Shown: positions 63,290-64,000 of the stretch, piece after piece
How the letters are laid out: each line of letters opens with the position of its first letter
How positions within the stretch are numbered: the stretch's first letter is position 1
Source of the DNA: a virus
Taxonomy: Duplodnaviria; Caudoviricetes
Reading direction: 5' to 3' (one strand)
Length of the DNA stretch: 64,000 nt
IMG/VR virus record: IMGVR_UViG_3300037493_004552
Location: 2,235 to 66,234 of that record
The notes under the pieces: model-generated
What the model saw: only the letters and a program-made list of their open reading frames with translations
Database searches by the model: none
Told to the model about the DNA's origin: nothing
Translations under genes and position numbers: made by a program

Positions 63290-63628
63290 CCTACAGCAAT
63301 GTAGGAGATTATAGGAAAGTAGTTTTATTATTTAATTTATTATATTATGGATGATTCTAAAAGAGCATTAACATTTTGAGAAAAAGCAGTTTGATTAACT
63401 TTCAATCCTAGTGGAGATGCTGGAGTACAAAAAATTAAAGAATTGTATGCACAAATTATTGACCTTATGGATGAATTAAGAAACTCATCAGCCGCCGAAG
63501 CACACACAGAACATAAGAGACTTGCTAGTATAGCAATTACAGAAGCACAAACAGCTCAAATGTGGGCAGTAAAGGCTATCACTTGGAGAGATTAGTAACC
63601 ATTCTCCTACAGCAATGTAGGAGATTAT
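63290..63628 (+). repeat. 23-bp direct repeats CCTACAGCAATGTAGGAGATTAT at 63290 and 63606 flanking one gene
   Basis: Exact copies; each contains a CCTAC/GTAGG hairpin. Confidence 0.85.
63347..63595 (+). CDS. Acb2/Tad1-like anti-defence nucleotide-sponge protein (82 aa)
   Basis: FNPSG...IKELYAQIID...KRLASIAITEAQTAQMWAVKAITW helical hairpin. Confidence 0.7.
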
Positions 63629-63709
63629 GGAAGTTCGTACCACGATACGGCGTGGAGTATACGCAGTGTGGAAATAGCTCACCGAGTTAGTGAAAGCCTA
63701 ACAACTTCC
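63629..63709 (+). ncRNA. candidate tRNA-like structured RNA
   Basis: 7-bp GGAAGTT/AACTTCC stem stacked on a 5-bp GTTAG/CTAAC stem with 7-nt TGAAAGC loop; extra CCACG/CGTGG arm. Confidence 0.45.
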
Positions 63710-63747
63710 CGATTATATATTACACCTTTTAATTTCTAACCCACCTG

Positions 63748-64000
63748 ATGACAGCACAAGCAACAATAGATGAGATGGTAGAAAAAATATGATATATCAA
63801 ACGATATTCTGACACCAGATATTTTGACTGGGAAGATGTAAAAAAAGAGCTAAAAGCCATCATCACGAAGCATCTGAAAGCAATCTCGCAAGTAGAGGAA
63901 GATAAATATAAGATAGCAAAAGATATATTGGAAGAATTCAAACAAGCAGAAATAGACTATAAACCATATACGATAACATATAACGATTGGCTTGATAGCA
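63748..64000 (+). CDS. hypothetical protein, 3'-truncated
   Basis: Open to the window end. Confidence 0.55.

Overview
This window is most of a dsDNA tailed phage genome (podovirus-like by gene content; no integrase, DNA polymerase or canonical tRNA seen). It is written in a doubly reassigned genetic code: TGA=Gly and CGA/CGG=Trp. This combination is known from Absconditabacteria (SR1, Patescibacteria/CPR), which points to the host group. The supplied ORF track uses the standard code, so it is fragmented and many of its ORFs are antisense shadows. All CDS coordinates below come from manual re-translation. Layout: + strand replication/recombination genes (1-11386); a - strand morphogenesis and lysis arm (11507-52786: HNH, TerL, a 2292-aa virion protein, portal, scaffold, capsid, tail, a family of Cys-rich fibres, holins, M15 endolysin, GT25); a ~1.7 kb non-coding divergence/origin region; and + strand early genes (54555-64000). 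The standout is a complete four-gene ubiquitin-like conjugation cassette at 58268-62076 (Ubl with an internal Gly-Gly, E2-like, JAB, E1/ThiF). It is invisible in the standard code and lies near an Acb2/Tad1-like anti-defence gene. Other notable items are two tRNA-geometry ncRNA candidates, a capsid gene with no reassigned codons, long +1 overlapping genes, secreted proteins inside the virion module and 16-bp-spacer promoters. Family assignments are from motif recognition only; no database searches were run.
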